64,000 nucleotides of DNA from Amoebophrya sp. A120. Taxonomy: Eukaryota > Protista > Dinoflagellata. Positions 9,691 through 22,776 of the stretch are shown in pieces. Each line of letters opens with the position of its first letter. Positions within the stretch are counted from its first letter, which is position 1. The DNA lies in NCBI GenBank assembly GCA_905178155.1, contig CAJINV010000004.1:6488828-6552827 (forward strand). Reading direction: 5' to 3'. Position numbers and translations under genes: made by a program. Under the pieces are notes generated by a model. It made no database searches. It worked only from the letters and a program-made list of their open reading frames with translations, and was not told the DNA's origin.

Positions 9691-12600
9691 ATGTCGGCTG
9701 CATCCGTGCGGGCGTTGCGGGTGCCCCAGGAAGGAGCTTTCTGTACCTCCGGAGCATCGCCTATGGGAGTGTCAGGATCGAAATCGACCAAGTCGAAAAA
9801 TATGTAATGCATAAAATGCAGGGTACATAAGGCCTGTGTTGGAGAGGAGGCAAATGAGTCCGATTGCAAGCCTGTTTATCCCTAAACATGTACTGCCAGA
9901 GTAGCAGCGTGACAGATTGGATTTTGGTGCTCCCAAAATTTGTCATGCGCCAGTTGGAAACTGAGGCTCCAACTGGTATCGATTTTATGCATCACAAATT
10001 ATTTCGATTTTGTTGATTTCGATCCTGACGCTTCCATATCCCCGTTCCAACTCGGCGAGCTCGACGAGAACCAGCGGTATGACCGCAGTTGCGAACTCAA
10101 AACCGGCCGTATTACAATGAAAAATGCCCCCACCCCCAGCTTGGCAGCATTTGTAGTGCAGACCTTTCCAACAGAAACATTCCCCGTCTTGCATATCTCA
10201 GCATGACAAATTGTCCATGCTGAATAGGTCAAATTTGTGTTGCGAAGTAGCCTAACAGCAGCCGGATCTGTTATGCACAAGGCACCTTGATGCGCACCCA
10301 GATTCTGCATCAGAAACGCTCGCAATCCTTTCATGCATAGATAAAAAGTTCTTCATTTGAAAACCTTATGCGTGACAAACTTCTGCAAATTCCTGGGTGG
10401 GGGCATTTTTCATCGTAATAGGCCGGTTTCTGCGTCGCGGGCAGGCGGAGCTGGTGAGCTCGCAAGTCTGCTTCCGCCGGGACCTGGGGATTGCGACCTT
10501 CACCATGCTCTGCATCGCAAATATGTCTCGATCGGGAAAATATGGAATTTGTGATGCTAGCTTTCGATTATACAAAAACCTGTATTGCATGACCAGCAGA
10601 AGCTGTTCAGACCTTTTCCAAAGCTGTTCAGACCTTTTCTCATGCAGGACAGGCATGAGCAAGCCTTCGCGATGAAGCCTGTGATGCTAGAGCATGCATC
10701 AGTGACATTGCAGGCCCTGTAAAATCTGCATGAGAAACTCCCCGAATCTTCCAGACCCAGACATTTTTGCATTTGATACATGCCCGCGCCCTGTGCTCAC
10801 GTGTATGACCGGCTGCCGATAGAGGTATAATTTGTTGATGGGAAGTGTTGGTGTAAATTTGTCATGCTGGAATGCACAACAAGAGGTATTTGTCATGCCA
10901 AATTTGCACAACATCTAAGGTCCGCCCGGATTTCTTCAAGCTGTACCAGCGGATCAAAAACCCAGTGGAGTCTGCGCAGGCGTTATCCGGGGACAACTAT
11001 GTTGAACAACCTCACGACACCTTTTCCTCCGAGGTGATGGTGGCCATGCTGCTGATATGCTGTGCAAAAGTATCGTATTCGTATTGCAATCATGCATTAC
11101 ATATCTTTTTGTTAAGTCAAATCCGCATCACAAATTTCATTTTTCATCCTGCGGAAATTTGTAATGCATTTATACGAGTGCGATACTTTTTCAATGCATA
11201 GCTGACCAAGCGTCCCCCGGGGAAAGCCAGTACTTCGCACAGCGGGCGGGCGCGCGGGGGGAGTAGTGGTAGTGGTAGTGGTAGTGGAGGAGTGGTGCAG
11301 CAGGTTGCAAATATGTCGAATTCTTGTTCCACCAGTTGTACCAATGCATCCGGTATCAACTGCAAAAATGTCTAGGTCTGGAACGTTGCAAGACTTGTCA
11401 TGCAGATTTTCCATGACCTATGAGGTAGAGGTCTGGAATGCGAGACCCAGCATGACAGACTCTTTGAGGTCTCTGTCATGTCTTTCCTGCACGAGAAACT
11501 CCCTCTCAACTCGGTCAAAAGCGGACAGCTTTTGGTACTCACGCAACACAGATTTTTGCATGATTCAGATTTAGCATAACAGGTTTTATTCTTCCAGACC
11601 CAGACATATTTGCGATGCATATCCGGCAAGACGACCTCCTCGATGAAACCGCTGATCACCCTCCCGGCCCGGCAGTTGCAGCCGAACATGAAGCGGCTCT
11701 CGATTCAACTGGACTTATGGACCGCAAATATGTCTCGGTCTGGATGAATGGAAGGTTGGTCATGCACATTTTGCATGACCCATGATGTCTGTGATGTATG
11801 CTCGAGCATGACAGGTTTTGTGAGGGCTTCCTAATGTTGCCTATACCGCATGAGAAATGCACCCTCCGCGTAGCAGCTACTGGACTCCCCTCGCTGCCCA
11901 TGCAAAAATACAGGTTTTTTCTAGAATCGAAAGGCAGCATCACAAGTTGCATCCTTCCAGACATCCAGAGAGATTTGCACTCCATAGGACTCCCAGGCGT
12001 ACTACTCCTGTTGCAAAGTCGACAAAATCTGCCCGGAACTGGAATTGGCCAACTGGGTCGAGTATGCATTGCAAATATGTCTGGGTCTGGAAGAACGCAA
12101 CTTGTGATGCTAATTCTGGATAGTGCGAAAATCTGTGTTGCAATCTTACCAAAAGCTGTCCACTTCTGACCAAGCTGAGAGGGAGTTTCTCAGGCAGACG
12201 AGGCATGATAGAGGTCGGGGAGAATCTGTCATGCTGGGTCATGTATGACAGACCTCACGCGCCATGGAAAACCTGCATGACAAGTCTTCCAACCTTCCAG
12301 ACCCAGACATATTTGCAGTTGATATCGAGATTATCAAGACGTTCTCCGTCGAGCACGGCCGGTTCGGCAAGTCCGCAAGGCGGCAGGGCCCACACGTCAG
12401 GCGGATTTCCTTCGACGGACCGGACTTGGACAAAGTGACCACGGAGCAGCGGAGATTGTTGTCCACTGCGGACCACGAGGAAGCTCTCCGGCGCGACTGG
12501 ACCCGGATCTGCAACGGGAAGCTGATGCAGGTGCGGACGGAGAAAGCGGCAATTGCGCGGAAGAAAATTTTATGGATTGTAAAAATGTCTGGGTCTGGAA

Positions 12601-15600
12601 GAATGGAAGGTCTGTCATGCTGTGCTAGCATGACCCCAAAGTCTGTCATGCTCGTTACCCAAATGCCCCACTTTTCTGTCATGCATAAACGCGGTTTGTC
12701 ATGCAGAATACGCAACATCTAGCAAGGTAGAAACTTGTCATGCTGAGCAGTCACTTGTGGCGTCCTCAGGATTCGCCAACCAGCATCACAAGTTTCCAGA
12801 CCCAGACATTTTTGCAATGCATAAGTTTTTGGGGTCTCGCGCGACGAGGTGGAACAATTGGAAGCTGTAACTGTGGCAGAGATGAAGAAGAACTCAGCAA
12901 ATGACGATCACCGATTTTTTTCTGCCGGTGCCTCCAGCGGTTTTCGGTCGACCGCGCTCGCCAGCCAGCAGTCCACCAGAGGAGGAGGAGGATTACTGGG
13001 GGCAGGAAGCGGCACAAATACGTTTCCTCCATCTTCCTCTTTGCACGACCAGCTGGCCGCGGCGCTGTCGCTTTCCCCAACATCTAAATCCACTTCCACT
13101 CCGAAGATGATGAACTGGTTCTCATCCTCATCCGCGAATTTTTCAACAGCTTCTCCCACCACTGCAAAGAGATTTATTTCCCACCAGCAGCCTGCTATCA
13201 TCACCCCGCAGGACCCGCGTTGGATGGCGTGCGCTTGTCTAGTTCACCCTGCGATCGTATCAAATGCAAAAATGTCTGGGTCTGGGAGATTGCGAGATTT
13301 GTCATGCTAGTCTGGCATGACTCTGAATCCTGTGTTGCATGGCCGCGAAGAGCTCCTCCCCCCTGTCATGCAAAAACGCAGTTTGTCATGCGGAATACGC
13401 GACTCAGAACCACGAAAAAAACTTGTCATGCTTGGCAGCGCATCATAGTGAGTTCACTATTCCCTTTCTTGCATCACAAGTTTATTCAAGACCCAGACAT
13501 ATTTGCAATGCATAGATCGAAATCCTCGACTGTACGGGCGTGGCTCTGAAGAAGGACTATCGCATGCAAATGTGTCTGGGTCTGCAAACTTGTGATGCTA
13601 GTTTTTGAATTGCGGGCACATTGCAATACGCAGCTACGCATGACAAGTTTTTGAGCTACTAATATGTGTCTCGCTTTCCGCATGGCAAACTGCATTTTTT
13701 CGTGACAGGCAATAGAAGGGTAGTTCTTTCTTGCTTCATCTGCATTACAGATTTAAGGGGCATGTGAGACAAGCACGACAAATTTGCACTCTTTCAGACT
13801 CAGATGTACTTGCACTGGATAAGGACTCGCTGTGTTTGATTTCTGTCTTGAGACACCTACACACACTGATTTTGGACAAGAATCTATCCAGGAAAAAAAC
13901 TGTGTAAGTGTAACTTTGTAGGAAAAACAGCATCACAAGTTCGTTTTGCATTACAGGGAAAATCTGTCATGCGCAGCTAGCACGTGGAAACACGCATGAA
14001 AGTTGCCTGTGATGCACACCCACCATGACAAGCGTATGCCCTTTTGCATTTCCTGCATCACAGACTGACACTTACACGCTTTTTTTCTTGCATAGAATCC
14101 ACTCCTGGTTGCGGAAGACCTCCCCTGTCTGGCGGAGATTGAACAATTGGAAAAGCTCGAGGTCTCCTACTGCCACAATCTGACAACTTTGAACACCTTG
14201 AGTAAGTGCCCCATGCTGCGGGAGGTCGTGGCGCGGTGCTGCGACCGACTGGGTTGGGAGAGGAGAGCTGGTGGAAGTTTCGGGGGTGGTGCGTACGGTT
14301 CTTCGCAGTTGGGACGAGGGGGTGTTGGTGCGAGAAGTGGCGCTATGGCAAAAACGTTTGGGGACGGCTTTGGAGGTAGTGTTCGTTTTCTCATCTTGAA
14401 AATATTGTTGTGCTGTTGTGCATATTAAGCATAAGGTTGGCTACGAGAAACAGAATGAAAGTCACATGTTTATTTTCGATGAAATTCTCAACAGGCCGTG
14501 GTGGTCACCACCCGGGCGATTCAACATCCGTCTCGCACCGTCCGGAATCGGCCGCGTCGTCGGAGGAAGGCATGATTGACGTGGTCACGTTTAACCAGAA
14601 CGTATCCTACGCCGGATATCGCGAGGAAAAATGCCCCCACCCCCAAAGTTGCAAAAATTTGTGATGCAAAGTTTCCAAATGAAAACTTTTTTTCATGCAT
14701 GAAAGAAGTATGAACCTTTCTGATGCAGAGTCTAGGTGTGTGTTGTCGCATCGCTTGCATGACAAGCGCCGCTCTTGCTGGGATCTTTTGCAATACAAAT
14801 GTTTGCTATTCACGAGCGGAAAGCTGTGATGCTGATAGATGCAAGAGGGCGAGCGTTTCATTTGGAAAGGTTTCTTTGCAATACAAATGCTCCCAAGTTC
14901 GGGGGTGGGGGCATTTTTCATCGTAATACCGGAGGAAAATTGTCTATCGACACAGACCCGGAGAAGGAGAATGATGTACGGTTTGCGGACCAGTTATCGT
15001 CTAGTTTGAAGACGGGGAAGATAACTACTTCTTTTAATGGAAATAAAGGGGGTAAAATATTAAACGCGATCAGCAGCAAGCAGCATGATGCAAGCGAAGC
15101 CCATGTGGTCGGTCATCCTGCGACAAAAACTACAAGCGGACCAACACCATCTGTCCGCCTGGCGGAGAGCCCGATATCGTAAGGAAAAAATCCCCCCTCC
15201 CCATATCGAAAAGGCACACCGCAGAAAATTTGCCATGCTGATTGGTGACCACAAATCGTCTCTGTGTTGCAAGCAGGCAACCCCACAGGCCCCGCAGCAT
15301 TAGGTAGGCGGTTTGTGATGCTACTGGGCCTACAGCATGGACGTTTTTCATGCTAAGCACCTAGGCAAGCACGTCTCTCCTCGAGCTTGATATGGGCTTG
15401 CAGTCCCCTACTGCAAGAGTGATCCGATTTGTGTAAGCAAATCCAGCATCAGAAACTTCGTTTCGATATGGGGAGGGGGGGTTTTTCCTTTTGATACCCG
15501 AAAAAGAACAACCCCAGGCGGTGGTGGGATCAGGAGCTGAGCAAGGAGGCACAGGACCGCGCGCTATCACACAGAAAAAAGCCGGCAGGTCACATTTGTG

Positions 15601-18600
15601 ATGCAAAAGTAAATACACAAAAAAACCTGCATTGCATATCGTAAACAGCATGCTATGGGGCCGCCCATGACAGATTTATCTGTTTATTCATTTTTGCAGT
15701 ACAAATCTGCCCTGCTTGCTTTTTTCTGTGGGATACGCGCTGGTCGAAAAATATGTTCGCGGAGAAACGCTGTTAGAGCTTGCTGACAGTACTTCGAGCG
15801 CTGGTCAGTTTGGTGATGCAGTAGACCTCCATCAGCCGAGCGGAACAACTAAAACCTTGAGCAAGGGACTTTTCTCAACCGCATCGGACCTTCACATCCC
15901 GGACTCATCTTCCAATTTGGTCCAGCAGCAGCACAGCACGGCGTCGGCAGTGAGCATGAAGCAGCAGGTGGTGAAGGCGGTCAAAATCCAACCACCACTC
16001 TTATGGCGTTCTCAACTGTTACATTCTCAACTGTTACATGGGTTTGTGATGCAAGAGCCGCAACAGTGAAAGGGGTAAGCTTGCAACTCTCGCATCACAA
16101 ATTCGGCACAGATTTAGGCGCCGTTTAGCCCTTCGGGGATTTGTCATGCGAGGTAGCTTGATCGTCTGGTGGCTCATGGTAATTTTGCATGACAAACCAT
16201 GTAACAGTTGAGAATGTAACGTTTGAGAACGCCACCACTTTCCAGGTCGGAAAGCAAACTCGGAGCGAATGCGGCAGGGACGACGAATAATTTCAATTTT
16301 ATGGCGAATAATAACATGACAGGCAGCACATCAGCGACAGCACCGCACCAGGAAATAAACGAGCAGCACGAGAAACTTTTACTGGACAGCAAAACCGTGA
16401 AGATTCTGAATGTGGAAGACTGTCCGGAACTCGAAATCGTGCGGATGAACACGGTCGTCGAAACTCTCGACCTTTCGTATTTACCGAAAGTCCGGCAGCT
16501 CACCGCGAACTTCAAATGCCTCCGGCAACTGGATTTGAGTTTCTGTGGCGCTCTGAAGGAACTGAATTACACGACCGTTTTCGAGGCCGCGCCGTTACTG
16601 AAAATCGTCAACGCGGCGCACTGCGATAATCTCACGGCCGTGAACGTGCAGCAAGCACCGTGTTTGGAAGTTCTGCACTTGGCGCACTGCCAAAAGCTGC
16701 GGACCTTGGGGGAAAACTTGTTTCCGGCTGGATTGAAGTTCGTGGACTGCTACTGCTGTTTCGCCCTGCAAGAAACCGAGATCGCGAAGGTCTACGCGGA
16801 TATCGGCGCCGCGTTTTACAATTTCGGGGCCGGCGGTCGGGCGGGGTCCGCGCGAGGGGGAAGAGGAGCAGGAGGACAGCACGCACTGAAGGAAGGGTCC
16901 AAGGAAAGCAGCATGAGCCACGCGACGTCAGCCGGTACCAGCAATGTGCTGAATAAAGGCGCCGGGGGAAGTGTGGCGGGGAAGAAGACGTCGTCCAGCG
17001 CGGGGGGAAGCGAGGAGGACGATCACGCGGTGGATGTGTTGGGCAGCTTGGATGTGGTATTGCTGGAGGAAGTGCCGAGTCGGGCGCGGAAGGGCAGTAT
17101 CAAATGCAAAAATGTCTGGGTCGTTGGGAAGGAAGGAACTAGTGATGCGTCCCGTGGGTCTTACAAAAATCTGTGTTGCGTGATCACCAAAAGTTGTCCT
17201 TTTTTGACCAACATGAGCGGGAGTTTCTCCTGCAGGATAGGCATGATAGAGACTACTTCGCAGAATCAATCTGTCATGCTAGGTCCTGCGTTCCAGATGT
17301 CATGGGGCATGGAAAATATGCATGACAAGTCTGCATTCTTCCAGACCCAGACACTTTTGCATTTGATAGGCAGTTTGTGTCGGCTTTTGGACGCTTGGCA
17401 GGAATCCGATCTGCAAGGGCGTATCCTGTGCAAAAGTATCGTACCCGTATTGCAATCATGCATTACAAATCTTGTTTCCAAGGCAAATCTGCATTACAAA
17501 TTTTTATTTCTGATGCTGAGAAAATTTGTAATGCATTTATACAAGTGCGATACTTTTGCAGTTCATAGGGCGGAATTCGTGGCAGTAAGTATGGACTGAC
17601 GTTATTTTCAACATCTTGCGATAATTTGTGTAATATCTGTTTATCTGTTGTATGTTGCAACAACTTATAGGCACGGTCGAAAATGTGCTGTGCAAATGGA
17701 ATGCATGGATGCACCGAGTTGAGTAATATGACATACAGACCTAAACTTTACAAAATGTTTTCCCAGCTACCTGCTCCGCGTGACTTTCGTCCCGGGGACG
17801 TTTTCTAAGCGGTACCAACGGGGCGAAGAATTGATTGTCGCCGCTGACAAGCTCGGGTCTACATTCGAGTTTGTGAATTTCGAAGACCTCCGCCTCGGCG
17901 CCTTCCCCGGCGGCCACCACGCCAGCATTGCGGCGGACACAGCTTCTGTGTGCAGCGACCAAAGTTTACTGTTGCAAAGTAACAATCCGCTGGGAATCAA
18001 TCTACGCGAGCACCACCAGCCCATGTCCCCATTCGGGATTATGGCTGCTGCTGCAGTGCACAGTGGATTCGCGACCGCGTCTCCTTTGGGAGCCGGAGCG
18101 ACCAGTTCTTTCACACAGAATTACCTTGTCGGCGGAAATTCTTCCCCCGTGTCCTCCGTCGCCAGTTCCCGCGGGGCGAGCAGCTCGCGGTCGGCGAGTC
18201 CGCTACACGACAGCTCCTACATGTCGGGGCGGCGCGGGTCGGTGTTCGCGCGGTCGAGGGCTGCGCCATTGTTTGTTTGGCCAGGATCATCTTCAGGGAC
18301 ATCAACAGCAGCGGCCTTCACTGGTGGGACGAGGGGCAGCACAACAGCCTCCGTACAACAACTCCGGACACCGACTCCCCCAGCGGGTGTCAACACCGGA
18401 ACTACCTATCAAACTTCGGAGCTCACGACCCCGCAGGCGGCGCGGGCGAAATTTTGGAAGGCGTGTCAGAAGGCGGCCCAGTTGGCTATTCTAGTATGAA
18501 TTGCAAAAGTATCGTACTCGTATAAATGCATGACAAATAATTCCCTCGTATAAATGCATGACAAATTTTCGCGGTTCTGACCCTAGATCTCCTGCGTCCG

Positions 18601-21600
18601 AAGCTGCTTGCGGCGACGGTGCAAAGGTTTTTGATGTGGTGCAGTCGGGTATGCGTGACAAATAATTCCCTCCGCATGAAAAATAAAATTTGTCATGCGG
18701 ATTTACCTTGGGAAAAAAAATTTGCATGATTGCAATTGCTACGAGTACGATACTTTTGCCGAGGATAGTTAGAAGAGGACAGCAACTACGGGGGAAACAG
18801 GAACGACGTCCACGCGATCGCCCGCCACAGCAAGGACGTGGTGGAAGAGCTGCAGGATGCGTATGCGTTGCTGGAAAAGGTACTCACTATTGAAGTGATC
18901 TGGTTCCCTTGCAGTTGTGGACGGGAAAAGTCGGAGATTGATTTTCCGCATGGGTGGTTGCGATCGCTTTTTTTATGCGAAGTCGTGCGTGACGAAATTC
19001 AAAATTTTGATTTTCCCCAAAGGTTAAAGTCCGCGAGATCCCGCTTGTCCTGGCCGGTCTCAAGTACCTCCGCGACTGGGCCCCGGACACCGAAATCCTC
19101 GATCCACTCGGGTCGAGTCTGCGGTTGCGGGCACGGGACGTTGCGAAGCACTTGAAGGTATCAAATGCAAATATGTCTGGGTCTGGAACAGTGCAACGTT
19201 TGTCATGCACGTTTTGCATGACGCGTGAGGTCTGTGATGCATGCCCTAGCATCACAGATCATGTGAGAGCTTTACCATGCCTTTTCCGCATGAGAAACTG
19301 CCCTTCGGCCTTCTCAAAAGTGAACAGCTTCATTGGGAATCATGCAACACAGATTTTTGTATGATTCAGATCTAGCATGACAAGTTGTACTCTTCCAGAC
19401 CCAGACATATTTGCAATGCATAGAAGGAAAGTACTCGCCGGAGGTTGCTGCTGGCGAAGGAAATCCTCGGATTGCCGAAAGTGTCCGAGTATGAGTTGCA
19501 AATATGTCTGTGTCTGTCAGCTTGCGAGATTTGTCATGCTAGTCCAGCATGCCTCTGAGCTTTGTATTGCGTGGCCGCAAAGAGCTCCTCGTGCCTGTCA
19601 TGCAAAAACGCAGTTGTTCATGCGGAGTACGCAACTCCGAACCACGGAAAAACTTGCCTTGCGCGGCAGCGCATTAGAGTCTGCTCTCTATTTCCTCTCT
19701 TGCATCACAAGTTTCCAGACCCAGACATGTTTGCATTTGATACCGAGTTCGCCGGACGAGCGGATGCAGCAGTTGGTGATCATGAGGAGCTATCAGCATC
19801 CTCTCCACCGGGGGGACAAATGAGCCGCACGAAAACAAGAACATCAACCCTGTTCATCTCGTCCCAGGAGCTGCAAGCAAAGGCGCAACAAGAAGGCCAG
19901 CCTATCAGCCCGAAAATGAATCTCGGTTGTCTCCCGGTTCCCCAGTTCGGGCACAACAACAAACCCGGCTACAAACCGAACTTCATCCCGGTGTTCAAAG
20001 GGGTTAGGTGTGACGAGAAGCATCTGTTTGTTGAGACGTGCAAAGCAGTACAGGAAGCCCTGTGGCAGTCGATGGACCCGGACCGGATCAAGCAAGCTCT
20101 CACCCTATGAGAATGCACACCTCCTCCTCCCCCTCATTTGTCATGCAAAACCCAAATCCAAGTGCTTCCCTGTGGCACTGTTTGCATGACAAATTTTTCA
20201 CGAAGCCCAAACAGTACTACCCCAGGCGCATGAATTTGTCATGCACAGGCTCTATGTGTGCTGGTGTTTCTATTGCTGTTCATGCAATACAAATGAGGGG
20301 GAGGGGGGCTTGTGCACTGTCATAGACCCGTGCCTGCGGTCCGAAAAACCCGAGGTTTGTCTTGAAGGCGGACAAGAGATATCACAGAAAAAAGTGTTAA
20401 CGTTAACGGTTTTCACAGATTGCAGTCATGCATCACAAATGTAGCCCAATATGCATGCTATGCATGACAAATTCTGACACGTCTTGTGATGCATTTCTGC
20501 ATCACAAATTCCGTTGACGTTAACACTTTTTCTTGTGACAAGAGAGAAGGATGTTGTTTATCGGAGTTCGTTATCCACAGTGAATTTGTTCCCGTACACG
20601 TACAAATGGGGCTTCTGCATCACAAACTTGTCTTTCAAGCTTCCTCAGCATGACACCTGGCTTCTTCTTCTAAGTTGGTGAAATTTGTGATGCATTTTGC
20701 ACATGTGCGGGACGAAATTTGTATTGCATATTCGTGTTGAAAAAGTGCGAGCGGTATCTCGCGCATTTGGAGCACCGCATTGACTACTGGAAGGCACAGT
20801 TGACGAGCAAGGCCGTGATGAGCGGGAACCGACAATCAACGAAGTCTTCGACGGGATCGCAGGTGGCGCAGGTTGCTGCAGCGGGTGGGAACTCCAACAA
20901 CAGCAACGGGGGGAACAACAAGACCACGGAAATAAACAAAGAAAACCAAAACAGTAAAAATACCACGACCAACGCTGCTGTTTCAAAAACCACCAGCAAC
21001 GCCCCACTGTTTTACCAGGAGCTGATTTCCCTCGAGGAACTGTCTGAATCTCGCTTCCTGCTGAAGCAAACCGCGTTCCGTATCGAATGCAAATATGTCT
21101 GGGTCCTCTGGAAATAACTTGTGATGCGGATTGGACATTCATGCGGACGACGCTTCAATTGACGGCCAACCATGACAAGTTTTTCAATCGCTAGGCATTT
21201 CCTAATATTCTGCATGGCAAACTGCGTTTCTACATGACAGCACACTGGGGCCGCGCTTGGATAACGTGCATGACAGACTTCAAAGTCATGGCAGACACGC
21301 ATGACAAATCTTGGACTCTCCCAGAGGACCCAGACATATTTGCAATGCATACTCCGTTTCTTCGAGCAAAGGGATTTCCAGGCGAACGATAGCCCGGCCG
21401 CCGTGCCGAAGCGCGCGCACGTGCTGAAGGAGCTCTGTCAGTTTTTTCGAAAGACATTTTTGGACAAGTTGTGGTGGAAATTTAAGATCGTCGTTTGTTT
21501 GCCGTTACCCCCAAACACGAATAGTAACTCCGCACAAGCCACGTGGCTGCGGGATTTTGCGCGGAATCAGGCGAGGTTTTTCTACGTATGAGAGTGCACA

Positions 21601-22078
21601 CCTCCCCCTCCCCCTCATTTGTCATGCAAAATACCAAATCCAGGCTGCGCCTCGTGGCACTGTTTGCATGACAAAGTTTATACAGGGACGCCCTGCCGTC
21701 AGTTTCCCAACATGACAAGTTTTGGTAGCCCAAATAGCCCTACACTCCTCTGCAAATTTGTCATGCAAAACCGGCACTCTTGCTGACGCTTGTATTTCCG
21801 TTGATGCTATGCAAATGAGGGGGAGGGGGGGTTGTGCAGTCTCATAGTACGTGCAAATGGTGCAAAACGACCGGGGGGAGACGGATGAAAGGTTTGTGAG
21901 ACTCCTGGATTACGATGGGGAAGTGGAACAGCTGCAGACGGGTGCGACGGATAATAATAACTATCCGAAAATCTACATCCAGCGCATCGTTCCGGAAGAG
22001 TGCGAATGGCAGTATGAGGAGAGGAAGAGAAGCGGGGGCTCGAGTGGTGCGGAGAACGGGGGAGCGGACGTGCAGTAG
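9691..22078 (+). CDS. Large leucine-rich-repeat protein (Cys-containing LRR type) with low-complexity linkers
   Basis: Continuous frame after removing 25 introners and 4 GT-AG introns (10825-10919, 14376-14494, 17585-17766, 18880-19022); LRR motifs LHTLILDKN, LEKLEVSYCHNL, LRQLDLSFCGAL, LEVLHLAHCQKL; stop TAG 22076-22078. Confidence 0.82.
9762..10038. mobile_element. Introner family A (opposite orientation to 239-546)
   Basis: TIR tatgggagtgtcaggatcg/cgatcctgacgcttccata; TSD tcgcc/tcccc; empty site at 8630-8634. Confidence 0.92.
10110..10420. mobile_element. Introner family C
   Basis: TIR tattacaatgaaaaatgcccccaccc/gggtgggggcatttttcatcgtaata; TSD ggccg. Confidence 0.92.
10509..10778. mobile_element. 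Introner family K (dominant; core tgcaaaWatgtctgggtctgg)
   Basis: TSD catgc; left terminus mutated TA>TC. Confidence 0.85.
11056..11200. mobile_element. Introner family B
   Basis: TSD gctga; tgcaaaagtatcg-type TIR. Confidence 0.9.
11354..11621. mobile_element. Introner family K
   Basis: TSD tccgg. Confidence 0.9.
11716..11986. mobile_element. Introner family K (diverged)
   Basis: TSD ggact; tatgga/tccata termini. Confidence 0.88.
12063..12324. mobile_element. Introner family K
   Basis: TSD tcgag. Confidence 0.9.
12571..12823. mobile_element. Introner family K
   Basis: TSD aattt/agttt. Confidence 0.88.
13258..13514. mobile_element. Introner family K
   Basis: TSD gatcg. Confidence 0.9.
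13558..13821. mobile_element. Introner family K (diverged)
   Basis: TSD aggac. Confidence 0.88.
13885..14094. mobile_element. Introner family L
   Basis: TIR tatccaggaaaaaaactgtgtaagtg/cacttacacgcttttttt..gcata; TSD gaatc. Confidence 0.9.
14617..14928. mobile_element. Introner family C
   Basis: TSD ccgga; gaaaaatgcccccaccccc TIR. Confidence 0.9.
15175..15496. mobile_element. Introner family D
   Basis: TSD cccga. Confidence 0.9.
15565..15735. mobile_element. Introner family E
   Basis: TIR tatcacacagaaaaaagc/gcttttttctgtgggata; TSD cgcgc. Confidence 0.9.
16002..16236. mobile_element. Introner family F
   Basis: TIR tatggcgttctcaactgttaca/tgtaacgtttgagaacgcca(cc); TSD actct/acttt. Confidence 0.82.
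17098..17368. mobile_element. Introner family K
   Basis: TSD ggcag. Confidence 0.9.
17422..17567. mobile_element. Introner family B
   Basis: TSD gggcg. Confidence 0.9.
18495..18767. mobile_element. Introner family B (long variant with internal duplication)
   Basis: TIR gcaaaagtatcgtactcgta/tacgagtacgatacttttgc; TSD tctag/gttag. Confidence 0.86.
19159..19422. mobile_element. Introner family K
   Basis: TSD gaagg. Confidence 0.9.
19490..19742. mobile_element. Introner family K
   Basis: TSD ccgag. Confidence 0.9.
20106..20324. mobile_element. Introner family G
   Basis: TIR tatgagaatgcaca..ccctcatttg/caaatgaggg..tgtgcactgtcata; TSD caccc/gaccc. Confidence 0.88.
20380..20540. mobile_element. 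Introner family M
   Basis: TIR tatcacagaaaaaagtgttaacgttaacgg/ccgttgacgttaacactttttcttgtgaca; TSD agaga. Confidence 0.88.
20572..20730. mobile_element. Introner family H
   Basis: TIR tat..gaatttgttcccgtaca/tgtgcgggacgaaatt..ata; TSD ttcgt. Confidence 0.85.
21081..21351. mobile_element. Introner family K
   Basis: TSD ttccg/ctccg; both TIRs carry the same 2-nt insertion (gggtcctctgg/ccagaggaccc). Confidence 0.88.
21587..21846. mobile_element. Introner family G
   Basis: TSD ctacg/gtacg. Confidence 0.88.
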
Positions 22079-22776
22079 CGAAGAAAACGCACTGGGGGTG
22101 TTATCTATGTATGATTTTGATGTCCATATTTATCAGTGCTTAATATCTACATGAGTGTATCTGTTTAAAGTGAATAAAAACACAGGTGAAAAACCGCCGA
22201 ATCATGCTTCCATGGAGAGTGAGGATACGTGAACTTCGTAATTGCTTCCTGACACGTTTCATATGTACGAACACGAAGCGCTCCCCTAGCGAGTGGAAAA
22301 TTACTATTCAGTACTTATGATGTATGAAAGAAAACAGGAAAAAGCGAATTGGACCTAGATCAACCTTCGTTGCAGTTGAAAGACAAAGACTAGTTAAAGT
22401 TCGAAGGGCAATAAACGCGAACTCGTTTATTCTATGCAGCGGCGTCGGCAGCGTTCTTTTGGTTTTTGAGAACGGATGTCCACCTGCGCGACATTTTTGA
22501 ACGCAAGAAAAACTTTGACAATTTGAGGAATTTGGTCGCTACGACCGGTTTTTTTGAGATCCAGTTTTTAATGTCGTTTACCAAGATCTTTCTCTTCCCC
22601 GGTTGTACTGTTTCCAGTAGAAGGAACGCAAGAGAACGATGATAAGTATGGACGTTTCTTTCCGGAGAGGCGTAATGAGCGGGCGGCCAGCCAACTGTTT
22701 GGGTTTTTGGTTTATTTTGCTACTTCTAGAGGTACAACAAATTATCTTTTCGATGTTTTCGGTTCCTACCATCACC

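Noticed and set aside
10509-13821. Regularly recurring conserved ~25-bp sequences resembling a CRISPR array
   Set aside because: Repeats alternate in orientation as TIR pairs, spacing is 40-430 bp, the intervening DNA is exon or element body, there are no cas genes, and the context is eukaryotic
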